Shown piece after piece: positions 19,195 through 28,238 of a stretch of DNA of 64,000 nt. The notes under the pieces are model-generated. The model was given only the letters and a program-made list of their open reading frames with translations. It did no database searches and was not told the DNA's origin. The stretch is from an uncultured bacterium (lineage in GTDB: Bacteria > Bacteroidota > Rhodothermia > Rhodothermales > UBA10348), in the NCBI GenBank assembly GCA_938018055.1, contig CALIKL010000009.1, positions 10,147 through 74,146 of the forward strand. The letters run 5' to 3'. Both the position numbers and the translations under genes were made by a program. Numbering within the stretch: position 1 is the first letter of the stretch; every line of letters begins with the position of its first letter.

Positions 19195-19695
19195 TCATCC
19201 GTTCTCACCATGGTCGGCAATCCGTTCGATGGCATCGCGGGTAAGCCGCATGGTATCCCAGCCCTTTAGGGGCAAAGCGCCCAGTTTTTCATAAAACGTG
19301 ATGGCTGGCTCGTTCCAATCGAGAACGTTCCATTCAAGTCGTTTGCATCCGCGATCCCGCGCGATGCCAGCAATGCCTCGAAAGAGAGCAAAGCCAACGC
19401 CTTGGCCGCGAAATTCAGGTTCAACAAACAGATCTTCCAGATAGAGACCGAAATTGGTCAGGAAGGTCGAATAGTTGTGAAAGTAGAGGGCAAATCCGAT
19501 GCACTTCCCCGTGCCCTCCTCGTGCGCGATCAGTGCTTCAATGCGTGGGGATGCACCAACCTGCAATTGTGACGCCAGCGTCTCCGCGTCGGGGCGCGAT
19601 TCGTGTGCGAGGCGTTCGTAGGCAGCCAGGCTGTTGATGAGGCGGACCAGATCGGCAGCGTCCGCCGCTACGGCCGGACGAATGGAAAAGGACAT
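19195..19695 (-). CDS. GNAT family N-acetyltransferase (diamine acetyltransferase-like)
   Basis: 166 aa. Acetyl-CoA binding motif VEPEFRGQGVGFALFRGIAGIARDRG. LEWNVLDWNEPAITFYEKLGA is typical of SSAT/SpeG-like GNATs. Confidence 0.85.
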   Translation of the reverse strand: MSFSIRPAVAADAADLVRLINSLAAYERLAHESRPDAETLASQLQVGASPRIEALIAHEEGTGKCIGFALYFHNYSTFLTNFGLYLEDLFVEPEFRGQGVGFALFRGIAGIARDRGCKRLEWNVLDWNEPAITFYEKLGALPLKGWDTMRLTRDAIERIADHGENG

Positions 19696-19732
19696 GAGTT
19701 ACAGAAGTGGAGTGATAGGTACTGTCAGCCCG

Positions 19733-21961
19733 TTAGGACGCACGGACTACAACCAGCTGCTCATCAATGTGAGAACCCTGGCGAACACGCAGAAGATATC
19801 GTCCGGAGGCCAGACCCGGTATATGCACAGTCAGTGGTGAGCCAGCCGAACGAATGGCCTTCCATACGCGTCGGCCTGTGAGGTCAAACACCTCAATCGT
19901 TGTCTCATGTCCCCCTTGCCCGCTATGGTGCGGCAAGATCGTGATGTTCATCGTTCCCTGAGCCGGATGAGGCGCCACCTCGACAACCAGTGCGTGCTCG
20001 GGTAAGGAAGACGCACGGGTACCTGTTCCGCTGTGCGCTTCACCTCGAAGGAGCCAGCGCTCCGGATCCACATACACGGCCAGGACCGGGGCCGGAATGG
20101 CCACGTCAAAGACTTCTTCGCGCTCGTCCACATCCAGCCAGACCTGATAGGTGACATCCGTCGTCTCAAACCAGACAGGTATCAGAACCTGGAAGGCTTC
20201 CACATTTGATTGGAGTCGGTCCTGGACCTGGTTCATGGCAACGCGAACCATCCCGGGAGCATCTTCCGGGTTCTCTTCCCAAGCCAGCTGCCACGTGGGC
20301 TCGCCCGTGCCATCGTAGACCCACTGGTTGAAGAAAACGCTCCAATCCTGATCCGTGATCTCTTCAACTACGCGTTCGAACTGCTCTGTCACCACCGTCC
20401 CATGCAACACTTCCGGACTGGCTGCCCAGGTGCGCAGAATCTGTTTGAAGACCGTATCCCCTACCCGCGATCGGATCATGCGAAGCACCATCCAACCCTT
20501 TGCATACACCCGTGCATGGGTAAACATGTCCTGGGCATTGGTCGTGTCCGAAAGGACCAGTGTGCCTTGTGCCTCACGTGCCCGATCGTAATAAATGTCA
20601 AACAGGATTTCGCGGACCGGATCAAATGTGAGGTCCGCTTCAAACGTCAACATCTCTCCGAGTGTGGCAAAGCCCTCATTCAGCCACAGATCACGCCAGG
20701 AGGCAGGCGAAAGGGCATCGCCGTACCACTGGTGAGCCAGTTCATGCGCAATCAATTCGATTCCGATGTTGCCCATTGAACTGAGGGTCTGATGCTCCAT
20801 TCCGCCTCGGAAGGTGACGTGGGCATTTCCGTATTTCTCGTCGGCGAATGGATAGGGCCCGAACCAATCTTCCTGGATCGCCATGGCCTCTTTGGTCAAT
20901 CGCCAGCCACTTACGGCATTGATACCCTCTACCGCCGGGATATCCCGATACGCGTACTGTTCGATGGGAAACGTGGCTGGACCAAATTCTGACACCAGGT
21001 CTGGTGGACGGATATAGGAATCCACGACCCGGTCGTATTCACCGGCCGCGATGGATACGAGGTACGTAGCAATGGGATAGCCGTGCTGCCAATCAAAGGT
21101 AGTCCTGCCATCTCCCCTGTCGGTTTCTGAGATGAGAAGTCCATTGGACGCTGCCGTCATTGACGAGGGCACCGTGAGGGTCACACGAACCGAATCGGCC
21201 TTGTCAGCCGGGTGATTCTCGGTTGGCCACCACTCCATGGCTCCGTACGGCTCAGAGAGGGTCCAGATGTATGGATCTCCAGCGGAACGCCGACCCGATG
21301 CATAACCTCCTCGCGCAGCATCCCAGACCGGATCTCCGCGATAGGCAATGGCCATCTCAAACACCTGCCCAGCCTGCAAGCCGCCTTCGGGTACGATCAC
21401 AAGCTGATCAGCCTTCGGCTCAAGGCCATGGTGCCAGGCGACTGCTCTGCCCGTCGCACTCGTGACATCGATGACTTCCATGGTTCGGGCCAGGTCCAGC
21501 GCCAACGTATCCAGCGCAACAAGGGCGCGGCCCACTACGCGAACCTGACCGTCAAGCTCGGGCGAGCGGTCGCTGTCCAGATCCAATATCAGATGATAAA
21601 ATGAGATGTCGAATGCATCTTGAAGTCTTCTGGGAGACAGCTTACCGGCGGCTTGAACCCCGAAATCCCGGAAAACAAGGCGCTCAGGATGAGGTATGGC
21701 CGATACGAGATCAGCCTCAGGCCCGCCCTCTGGGCGCTGTCCCGACCACGGTGAACGCTTCAGAGCGCGCTCCACGCGGTGTGCCGGCACGATGTCAATG
21801 TCCATCGATCGAGGCGCGCTCCCGTGCTGGGCGGCTACCGTTCCTGGCGACGTGACCAGCATTCCGACCATCAGGACGAGACAGCAACCCCATCGCAACG
21901 CACTGAACGAGCAATTCAGTGAGGAAGAATCGACTGGACGATGGAGACAGGAATACGCCAT
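19733..21961 (-). CDS. M1-family zinc aminopeptidase with T9SS C-terminal sorting domain
   Basis: GAMEW/GGMEH exopeptidase-type motif, HELAHQWYG zinc-binding HEXXH and downstream LWLNEGFAT. C-terminal FDLTGRRVW...GRYLLRVRQG...VVVRAS is a T9SS CTD. The start is uncertain: the track ORF reaches 22084, and ATG 21961 precedes the hydrophobic signal LRWGCCLVLMVGMLVTSPGTVAAQ. Confidence 0.85.
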   Translation of the reverse strand: MAYSCLHRPVDSSSLNCSFSALRWGCCLVLMVGMLVTSPGTVAAQHGSAPRSMDIDIVPAHRVERALKRSPWSGQRPEGGPEADLVSAIPHPERLVFRDFGVQAAGKLSPRRLQDAFDISFYHLILDLDSDRSPELDGQVRVVGRALVALDTLALDLARTMEVIDVTSATGRAVAWHHGLEPKADQLVIVPEGGLQAGQVFEMAIAYRGDPVWDAARGGYASGRRSAGDPYIWTLSEPYGAMEWWPTENHPADKADSVRVTLTVPSSMTAASNGLLISETDRGDGRTTFDWQHGYPIATYLVSIAAGEYDRVVDSYIRPPDLVSEFGPATFPIEQYAYRDIPAVEGINAVSGWRLTKEAMAIQEDWFGPYPFADEKYGNAHVTFRGGMEHQTLSSMGNIGIELIAHELAHQWYGDALSPASWRDLWLNEGFATLGEMLTFEADLTFDPVREILFDIYYDRAREAQGTLVLSDTTNAQDMFTHARVYAKGWMVLRMIRSRVGDTVFKQILRTWAASPEVLHGTVVTEQFERVVEEITDQDWSVFFNQWVYDGTGEPTWQLAWEENPEDAPGMVRVAMNQVQDRLQSNVEAFQVLIPVWFETTDVTYQVWLDVDEREEVFDVAIPAPVLAVYVDPERWLLRGEAHSGTGTRASSLPEHALVVEVAPHPAQGTMNITILPHHSGQGGHETTIEVFDLTGRRVWKAIRSAGSPLTVHIPGLASGRYLLRVRQGSHIDEQLVVVRAS

Positions 21962-22164
21962 GCAACGGGTTGGGGATGGATGTTTCCCTAAGTCCGTGTT
22001 GGCACTCACCGCATCGGTGACGGTTCCTCTGCAGATCATTCGGAGATCGCTGCGACATGGACCCTGCGACATATCCGAGATCATTGCCGGGGCAGGTATT
22101 CCCGTCCAGGAGGCGTTCTTCCCGTTCTATTCAGGACAGAACAAGGAGGCTACCAGACCGCCGT

Positions 22165-22368
22165 TCATGAATCATCCCGCAAAATCTCGTGAAACTCGGT
22201 GGTACCGTCGCGGAGCATCCGTCGAACGTAAGGATGACAGAGTCTGCAGTTGACACCGAACTCACGGACATCCTGCAGAGCCTTCAACGATGTCACGCCT
22301 GCCCTTTCGGCCTCCTCACGGAGATCGGAAAACAGAACACGGCTGCAAATGCATCGATCGATGCACAA
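22165..22368 (-). CDS. Bfd-like [2Fe-2S]-binding protein
   Basis: C-x-C (CIC), then 32 residues, then C-x2-C (NCRLC). By hand count this is the same cysteine spacing as E. coli Bfd. The longest ORF (to 22461) would overlap the upstream gene by 65 nt, so a TTG at 22368 giving MCIDRCICS is the more plausible start. Confidence 0.7.
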   Translation of the reverse strand: MCIDRCICSRVLFSDLREEAERAGVTSLKALQDVREFGVNCRLCHPYVRRMLRDGTTEFHEILRDDS

Positions 22369-22396
22369 GGCTTGTCGGGACGGTGAATGCAACGGA

Positions 22397-23503
22397 TTAT
22401 CGCAACATGATAGCTGAGATGGAAATACCTGCACCAAAGGAGTGCAGGACTTCACCCTCACGATTCATGATCTGCACGGTTCCTGAAGCAGCATAGTCGG
22501 GGAAGGCCCCGGCGCTGGACTGCGGAAAGCGTCCTACATAAAGATGGTCCCTTCCGGCGTCGTAGGAAATTCCAGATAGCCCAACAAGCGCTGGGTGTCC
22601 GGAAAGGTCCAACTCGTGCGTAATGCCTCGGGTCTCCAGATCAATGGTCAAAACCCGCTCGCTGGCGGCCAAGGTGACAAACAGTTCATTGGTCTGGACT
22701 GAATGGTAAGCCGTTTCGGTACCGTTGGTAGATCCTGCCTGATCCGGCAGGGCAATGCGAGAAACGACCTGGAATTCCTCGTCCAGAAACATAACCTGAC
22801 CCGATGATTGCTCGAGTATCTGCGTAAAGTCATCGGAATAGACGGTTTTTCCGGTGCACACAATGACCAGGTGAGAGGATGTGTACACGTCACGAGGTCC
22901 GTCGCATCCCGTTTCGAAGGTTTCCACGTCCCCGGTTTCCGCAGAAACAACACTGAGGGTCGTCCCGCTTCCCAGACTTCCGTTGTTGGCGACGACGATC
23001 CGATCCGACCAGGACGCCACCCCTTCCGGGACATATCCGACCTCGCTCGTCGAACGCTGCACTCCCGCTTCACTGATGGAAATCAATTGACCAGGCTGTC
23101 CGAAGGTGGATGTGCTAACCCACAGCACGCCATCCACCACGATGGCATCGCGCGGGTTATCCATATCTGTAAACTGCGCTGCCAGACTCAGGGATACCGG
23201 ATCAAGAACGTCAATGCGTCCTCTATCGAAGGTGTTGATCAGCGTCATCAGCCCCAGATCGTCTTCCAGCACGCCTTGCACAAACCCGGCACGGGACGAG
23301 GAGCGCGTCACCTCTTGAGAGGATGGATCATAGAATGTGAGGGTTCCATTCTGGTCGGAGAAATTGCCCCCATTGGCCACAATAATGGACGAGGCAGGTG
23401 TAGCGCCTTGATCGTCATCACCTCCCAGCACATCGCATCCGGATAGCATCAGGCCAAGGCTGATGGTAAGCAACAATAAAAAGCAGCGGGACGTCTCGAT
23501 CAT
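22397..23503 (-). CDS. Seven-bladed beta-propeller surface lipoprotein (YncE/BtuG-like candidate) downstream of btuB-like receptor
   Basis: Lipoprotein signal LLLLTISLGLMLSGC. Seven repeats of the pattern hydrophobic strand-N/D-G/S...V/I-x-V/I-x-D (IIVANGGN..LTFYDP, RIDVLDP, VLWVSTS..LISIS, RIVVANNG..LSVVS, LVIVCTG..VMFLD, ELFVTLA..VLTIDL, HLYVGRF..VQIMN). Confidence 0.75.
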   Translation of the reverse strand: MIETSRCFLLLLTISLGLMLSGCDVLGGDDDQGATPASSIIVANGGNFSDQNGTLTFYDPSSQEVTRSSSRAGFVQGVLEDDLGLMTLINTFDRGRIDVLDPVSLSLAAQFTDMDNPRDAIVVDGVLWVSTSTFGQPGQLISISEAGVQRSTSEVGYVPEGVASWSDRIVVANNGSLGSGTTLSVVSAETGDVETFETGCDGPRDVYTSSHLVIVCTGKTVYSDDFTQILEQSSGQVMFLDEEFQVVSRIALPDQAGSTNGTETAYHSVQTNELFVTLAASERVLTIDLETRGITHELDLSGHPALVGLSGISYDAGRDHLYVGRFPQSSAGAFPDYAASGTVQIMNREGEVLHSFGAGISISAIMLR

Positions 23504-23535
23504 GGGATTGATTGAATTGAAATGAAGAAAAAAAC

Positions 23536-25524
23536 CTATTTCCCCAGTCGGAGCGCCAAATGCCAGGCTCTGCCAGGCATGGGCATCCAGGGAGATGATT
23601 CGTAAGCAGCATCCAGCAGGTTGCTAGCCGTCAATCGAAAGCTGATCGGCACACGGTCGTGAGCGGCATGCCATGCAATTCCCGCATCGAATACGTGATG
23701 GGAAGGCAACCAGGTGGATTGATCGGTGGACGTAAAGCGTCGGCTTGTCAGTCGCCAGGAGGCGAACAGACCGCTCTGTCCTCTTCGGTACTCTGCCTCA
23801 GAGGTGGCCGACCAGGGAGCGACAAAGCGAAGCTGTCGACCATAGGAGGCAGCCGCTTTGTTGGAATAATCTACCTGGCGAAGGCGCGTCCCAGAAACCG
23901 TCAGGGTCCAGGGCTGAGCGATTCGCCAGCGCCCAAAAGCCTCCAGTCCGCGTCCAGAAACGCGGGCAACATTGTCCGGAGTCCAGATTCGCCGCTGTGT
24001 CCCGGCAAAGGCAGGGCGCCACACGATGCGATCGGAAATACGACTGCCAAATAACACTACCCGGGCGAAGAGCCGACCCGAGGAGGGGCGATAGGCGACC
24101 AGCCACTCGACTTGCTGTCCACGTTCAGGGCGCAAATCACTGTTACCCCCGGGCTCCCAGAACCGCTCATTCAGCGTGGGCAGTCGGAAGATCCGAGCTA
24201 CTGCCAAACGCATTTCCCCTCCCCATCGGGTGCGGATTCCCCACCAGGCACCAGGCGCCATGGCTACGTCCCTTTCCTTGGCGTTGCCCTCCAGCGGGGC
24301 CCCTATTCCCTGGAGCACAGCAGTATTGCGCCATCGGGCATCAACGTAGGCACCCATCATAATCCGGTCCTGAACGGAGTCCATGGAGGTACGAATCCAG
24401 GCTTCGGTCACATCCCAACGGCTGGAAGACGCTACGCTGCTACGTTTCCATGCAGGCTCAATCGAGACGACCCAGCGCGCCTTGAACACCCGGGAGAGCC
24501 CGCCCCGCAGAGCAAGCTCCCGAAGCTGTACACGACTGGCAGGCTGATCGGGGGCGGCATAGAAAAAATGAGTTCGCGTTGCCGAGATCGTTGCTTGTAC
24601 TGGCATCGACCGCAGGGTGGTCGCGATGTTGAGTCCCACCAGCAGCAGATCGTCTTCCTGCTGAGCACCCGCTCCACGCGTATTCGAGAGTGTAGGCAGG
24701 GAGCGATCGACGCGCGTTCCCAGACCCAGAAATCGAACGTGAACCGGAGGAGTGCGCTCGGATAGCGAAACGCCCTGTCGCTCGGAGTCTGCTCGAAACG
24801 TGTGCTGCGCGCTCAGGAAGACCGCCGTCTGCGAACGATCGGCGCCTTCACGTCGGACACGAGGATTCCCCAACAACACGGGATGGGTGAAAGGAAAATC
24901 TCCGTCCTCTACAGAACGGGTAGCTGCACCGGACAGCGTTGTTTTTGAGTTCGAGATTCCACCTTGCACATTCATGAGGCGTTCGCCGAATGATCCGGTC
25001 GCCAGGGACAGAGCAGCGGGGAGGGATGCTGGGGATTTCAGGGCAATCACACCTCCGGGTGTAAATCCGGCTGAGGCGCCAGACGTCACGGTTGCCCCGT
25101 GAACAAGGGCAGCTGGAATGGTGGAGAGGTCAAACGTGCCTGTAGCAGGATCGACCAGCCGGATACCGTCCAACTCAATATGGGTCGACGCCGCACCCAG
25201 ACCTCGAAAAGATGCGAGAGCTGCCCCTGAATTTCCTTGCCGTTGCACATCCAGGCCGGGCACGTGCTCCAATAGTCGGTAAACCTGATGGGACGCCTGC
25301 GCGGCGAGTGATGTACGCTGCAGTGACATCCTTCCCCGGAAAAGGGCCCCCTCGTCAACCGATTCTTCAACCGTAATCCCTTGAAGTGCTACCCGGACAG
25401 ATACCGTGTCTGCTCCCTGAGCGCCCGCCTTGAGCGGTACGAGCAGAAGCAGCAGGGCAGCAAGAATGAGAGAGGCAAATGCCTCGTGAAATGGACGGTT
25501 CACTAAAAAGGGCCTGTTCCTCAT
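23536..25524 (-). CDS. TonB-dependent receptor, BtuB-like (cobalamin riboswitch-controlled)
   Basis: Signal peptide ASLILAALLLLLVPLKAGAQ after ATG 25524. Plug motifs (LEHVPGLDVQRQGNSGAALASFRGLGAASTHIELDGIRL) and a beta-barrel. A cobalamin riboswitch lies directly upstream. The track ORF start at 25617 falls inside the riboswitch expression platform and was rejected. Confidence 0.85.
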   Translation of the reverse strand: MRNRPFLVNRPFHEAFASLILAALLLLLVPLKAGAQGADTVSVRVALQGITVEESVDEGALFRGRMSLQRTSLAAQASHQVYRLLEHVPGLDVQRQGNSGAALASFRGLGAASTHIELDGIRLVDPATGTFDLSTIPAALVHGATVTSGASAGFTPGGVIALKSPASLPAALSLATGSFGERLMNVQGGISNSKTTLSGAATRSVEDGDFPFTHPVLLGNPRVRREGADRSQTAVFLSAQHTFRADSERQGVSLSERTPPVHVRFLGLGTRVDRSLPTLSNTRGAGAQQEDDLLLVGLNIATTLRSMPVQATISATRTHFFYAAPDQPASRVQLRELALRGGLSRVFKARWVVSIEPAWKRSSVASSSRWDVTEAWIRTSMDSVQDRIMMGAYVDARWRNTAVLQGIGAPLEGNAKERDVAMAPGAWWGIRTRWGGEMRLAVARIFRLPTLNERFWEPGGNSDLRPERGQQVEWLVAYRPSSGRLFARVVLFGSRISDRIVWRPAFAGTQRRIWTPDNVARVSGRGLEAFGRWRIAQPWTLTVSGTRLRQVDYSNKAAASYGRQLRFVAPWSATSEAEYRRGQSGLFASWRLTSRRFTSTDQSTWLPSHHVFDAGIAWHAAHDRVPISFRLTASNLLDAAYESSPWMPMPGRAWHLALRLGK

Positions 25525-25538
25525 TGAGGTACAGGCCC
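25505..25538 (-). terminator. Riboswitch expression-platform hairpin with U-tract that encloses the btuB-like start codon
   Basis: The minus strand reads GGGCCUGU-ACCUCAAUGAGGA-ACAGGCCC-UUUUU. There is an 8-bp GC-rich stem, an inner CCUC/GAGG pairing, and the ATG at 25524..25522 lies in the apical part. A run of 5 U follows. Confidence 0.5.
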
Positions 25539-25634
25539 GAACAACAACGACCTTTGTGCGAACGCCGCGGGAAAGGGCGGACGCAGCACGAGAAAATCGA
25601 GGCTTCGGTGCCGGCACCTCTGTTCCCGGAGGTC

Positions 25635-25880
25635 GTGGACACCATTCGTCGGACCGGTCTCCTGGCTGATGACGATACAGCTGCTTCCTCTCGTGGTCGG
25701 CCTTCCCGATACCATGCCATCAGGCTGGATTATCAGTGGTCGTACCAGTCTGCGAGGCGCAGCCCGTCACGTACAGTTGCGGGTACAGCTCCGGCTTCCC
25801 GATCGCCGCAGTGCGGATTCGGTCCGGATTCCCTGCAATCAGTGGAAAAGGATTCCCCGATTGCGTCCGTCGAAGGATTT
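25635..25880 (-). promoter_or_regulatory. Cobalamin (B12) riboswitch
   Basis: The minus strand contains AGGGAAUCCGG..GAAUCCG (25834 downward), GGGAAGCCGGAGCUGUACCCGCAACUGUA (CCCGCAACUGUA at 25783..25772) and the B12-box-like AGCCAGGAGACCGG (25667..25654). Order and spacing are as in RF00174. The boundaries are approximate. Confidence 0.8.
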
Positions 25881-25982
25881 ACAAAGAGCTGAAAGCAAGT
25901 TACCGTCTAGCCGCTCGCCGCGTCAAGAACTTCGTGCACATCCACTTCGTTTGTTGCTCATTCGTATCCCAACCATTGGCCC

Positions 25983-27407
25983 ATGCTGCCCGTGCGACTG
26001 TCTAACCCCCATTTGATGCTGCCTGTATTGCTTGGCCTGCTGTTTCTGTCTCCATCCGCTTCAGGCCAGCAGATCACGGATACCCTGATGGTGGATCTGT
26101 CAGAATCGCTCAACCGCTCGCTTGACGTGAGCCCTGAGATTGACGCTGTGGAAGCAAAGCAGGCCTTTTCCGACGCGCGGCTTTCACTGGCCCGGGCATC
26201 CCGCTTCCTGACTGATTTTTCCGCAACCTCGGCGCACACGTTTGCGCCTGCGTTGGATAATCCAAACAACACGACTGCCGATCGTCTTTATCTCGATCCG
26301 GATGTGCGCAATGACTGGGATGACCTCTCGCCGTTCAATCGCATTGAGTTTGAAGCTATCCAACCGCTGTGGACCTGGGGGGAGCTTGGCTCGTCCATTG
26401 CAGCGGCACAAGCGGGTCTCAACCTAGATGCAGCCGGGGTCCGGGTGACCGAGGATGAGGTGCTGGCTCGCACGGCAGAATTGTACTACAGTCTGCAGTT
26501 GGCCGATGCATTAGGGCGACTGACCCGCGAGGCAGGAGATATTGTGGAGCAGGCAAAAGATGAAATTGATCGCCTTCTCGAAGAAGGCGCCTCCGATGTA
26601 GACTACGCTGACCTGTTCCAGGTCGAAATCACGGAGCAGGAATTCCTTCAGCGTGTCGTGGAAGTCGAAGAAAGCCGCAAATTGGCCCGAGCCGCCCTGG
26701 CACGTCAGCTCTTCCTGCCACCCGGTCAGACCGTCGAAGCACGTAACCAGGTGCTGGAACCCGTCTCCATCGACATGCGGTCTCTGCAGATTTGGCAGGC
26801 ACTGGCTTTGTCGGATCGGCCAGAAATCACGCAGGTACATGCTGGGTTCATGGCGCGGTCGGCACTGGTCGAAGTGGCCCGATCAGATTACTTCCCGAAG
26901 CTTTTTCTCGGTGTCACAGGAAAATGGGCCTATGCTGCGGGTCGCGAGCGGCAGCGCAATCCCTACGTGAGTGATCCGTTCCTGTCTCGCGGCGCGCGAG
27001 CTGGCCTCGTGGTGCAACAAAACCTGAATTTTTCCCAGACGCGGGCCAAGGTGCAGCAAGCAGAAGCCCAGCGCGCCGAGGTTCGATCACAGGAGGAAGC
27101 CCTTCGCCAACTAATTCTGTTCGAAGTGGAAGAAGCCTATCGTAACGTGCTGATCGCTCAATCAGCCGTTTCGGCTCGAGAAGAGGCACTCCTCATTTCC
27201 AAGCGTTGGCTGCGCGACGAGCAGATCAACTTCGACCTGGACTTGGGTGATACAGAAAACCTGGTCCGCGCTGTCAGAGACAATCTCAGCCTTCAGGCGC
27301 AACGCGAGCAGGCCGTCTTCAATCTGAACGTGGCCATCATCCGCTTGCTGCGAAAAACCGGACAACTTCAGGCAGCCATGCAGGATGGCACACTCCTTGG
27401 ACTCTAG
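25983..27407 (+). CDS. TolC-family outer membrane efflux protein
   Basis: Signal peptide MLPVLLGLLFLSPSASGQ. Two-fold repeated coiled-coil/beta architecture with typical motifs (LSLARASRFL, YFPKLFLGVTGKWAY, LNVAIIRLLRKTG). Confidence 0.85.
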   Translation: MLPVRLSNPHLMLPVLLGLLFLSPSASGQQITDTLMVDLSESLNRSLDVSPEIDAVEAKQAFSDARLSLARASRFLTDFSATSAHTFAPALDNPNNTTADRLYLDPDVRNDWDDLSPFNRIEFEAIQPLWTWGELGSSIAAAQAGLNLDAAGVRVTEDEVLARTAELYYSLQLADALGRLTREAGDIVEQAKDEIDRLLEEGASDVDYADLFQVEITEQEFLQRVVEVEESRKLARAALARQLFLPPGQTVEARNQVLEPVSIDMRSLQIWQALALSDRPEITQVHAGFMARSALVEVARSDYFPKLFLGVTGKWAYAAGRERQRNPYVSDPFLSRGARAGLVVQQNLNFSQTRAKVQQAEAQRAEVRSQEEALRQLILFEVEEAYRNVLIAQSAVSAREEALLISKRWLRDEQINFDLDLGDTENLVRAVRDNLSLQAQREQAVFNLNVAIIRLLRKTGQLQAAMQDGTLLGL

Positions 27408-27467
27408 GTAGGTAGAAACCTCCCGATAACCCATTTTGGGCTGAAATTGCCCAATCCAATCAATACC

Positions 27468-28085
27468 ATGTCTACCCGACTGTACACTTTTGCCCTGCTG
27501 TTGACGTTTCTAATCTTCAGCGCAGTGGCCGACCCGGCTTCAGCTCGGCAAGCTGGAGAAGATCAGGTCATTCGCTCCATGCTGGAGCAGCGGGAAGCGG
27601 ATATCAAACAGATCCTGGGTGACGACACCGAATTGAGTGATACGCAGATGGATGCTCTGCGTGCAGCCGTCAATGACATGTTCGACTTCGAGTCCATGGG
27701 CCGCGAGGCGCTCGGACGTCACTGGGATGAAATCTCAGCCGATCAGCAACAGGAGTTCGTGGAGGTGTTCGCAGAGATTGTCCGCTATCAGAGCCTGGCA
27801 GATGTGGACATCTACCGTGCCGACGTGACGTATGAGACGATTTCTGTTTCGGGCGACGAAGCCACGGTCAGCACAACAACGATTTACAAAGACGTACCGA
27901 CAGAGGTGGACTATGCACTTCGCCGCTCGGGTGACGTGTGGCTCGCAACCGATGTTGTTCTTGATGAGGTCAGCACGGTCGAAGGATACAGCCGCTCATT
28001 CCAGTCTTACGTACGCAAGCGCGGGTTCGAGGCCCTGATGGACAATCTGAACAAGCGTCTTGAAAGAAACCGATCCGAGTCCTGA
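27468..28085 (+). CDS. MlaC/Ttg2D-family phospholipid-binding periplasmic protein
   Basis: Signal peptide MSTRLYTFALLLTFLIFSAVA. FDFESMGREALGRHWDEISADQQQEFVEVFAEIVRYQSL and WLATDVVLDEVSTVEGYSRSF match the Tol_Tol_Ttg2 family. The start was trimmed from TTG 27447 to ATG 27468. Confidence 0.75.
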   Translation: MSTRLYTFALLLTFLIFSAVADPASARQAGEDQVIRSMLEQREADIKQILGDDTELSDTQMDALRAAVNDMFDFESMGREALGRHWDEISADQQQEFVEVFAEIVRYQSLADVDIYRADVTYETISVSGDEATVSTTTIYKDVPTEVDYALRRSGDVWLATDVVLDEVSTVEGYSRSFQSYVRKRGFEALMDNLNKRLERNRSES

Positions 28086-28238
28086 TCCGACCAGGGATTC
28101 TTACGGGGTCTCTTTTACCTCCTTTGCTACGTAATTGGGTATCGGGGCTGGTACAGCGCTGTTTCGAACAATACCCTGCGGGCAGCGTTCGCATGCGGTC
28201 AAGGATCGATTCAATCGCTTGCAACAAAGGTTTGCTAC

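Noticed and set aside
25525-25617. N-terminal extension of the BtuB-like receptor ORF
   Set aside because: The extension lies inside the riboswitch expression platform. The signal peptide follows ATG 25524.
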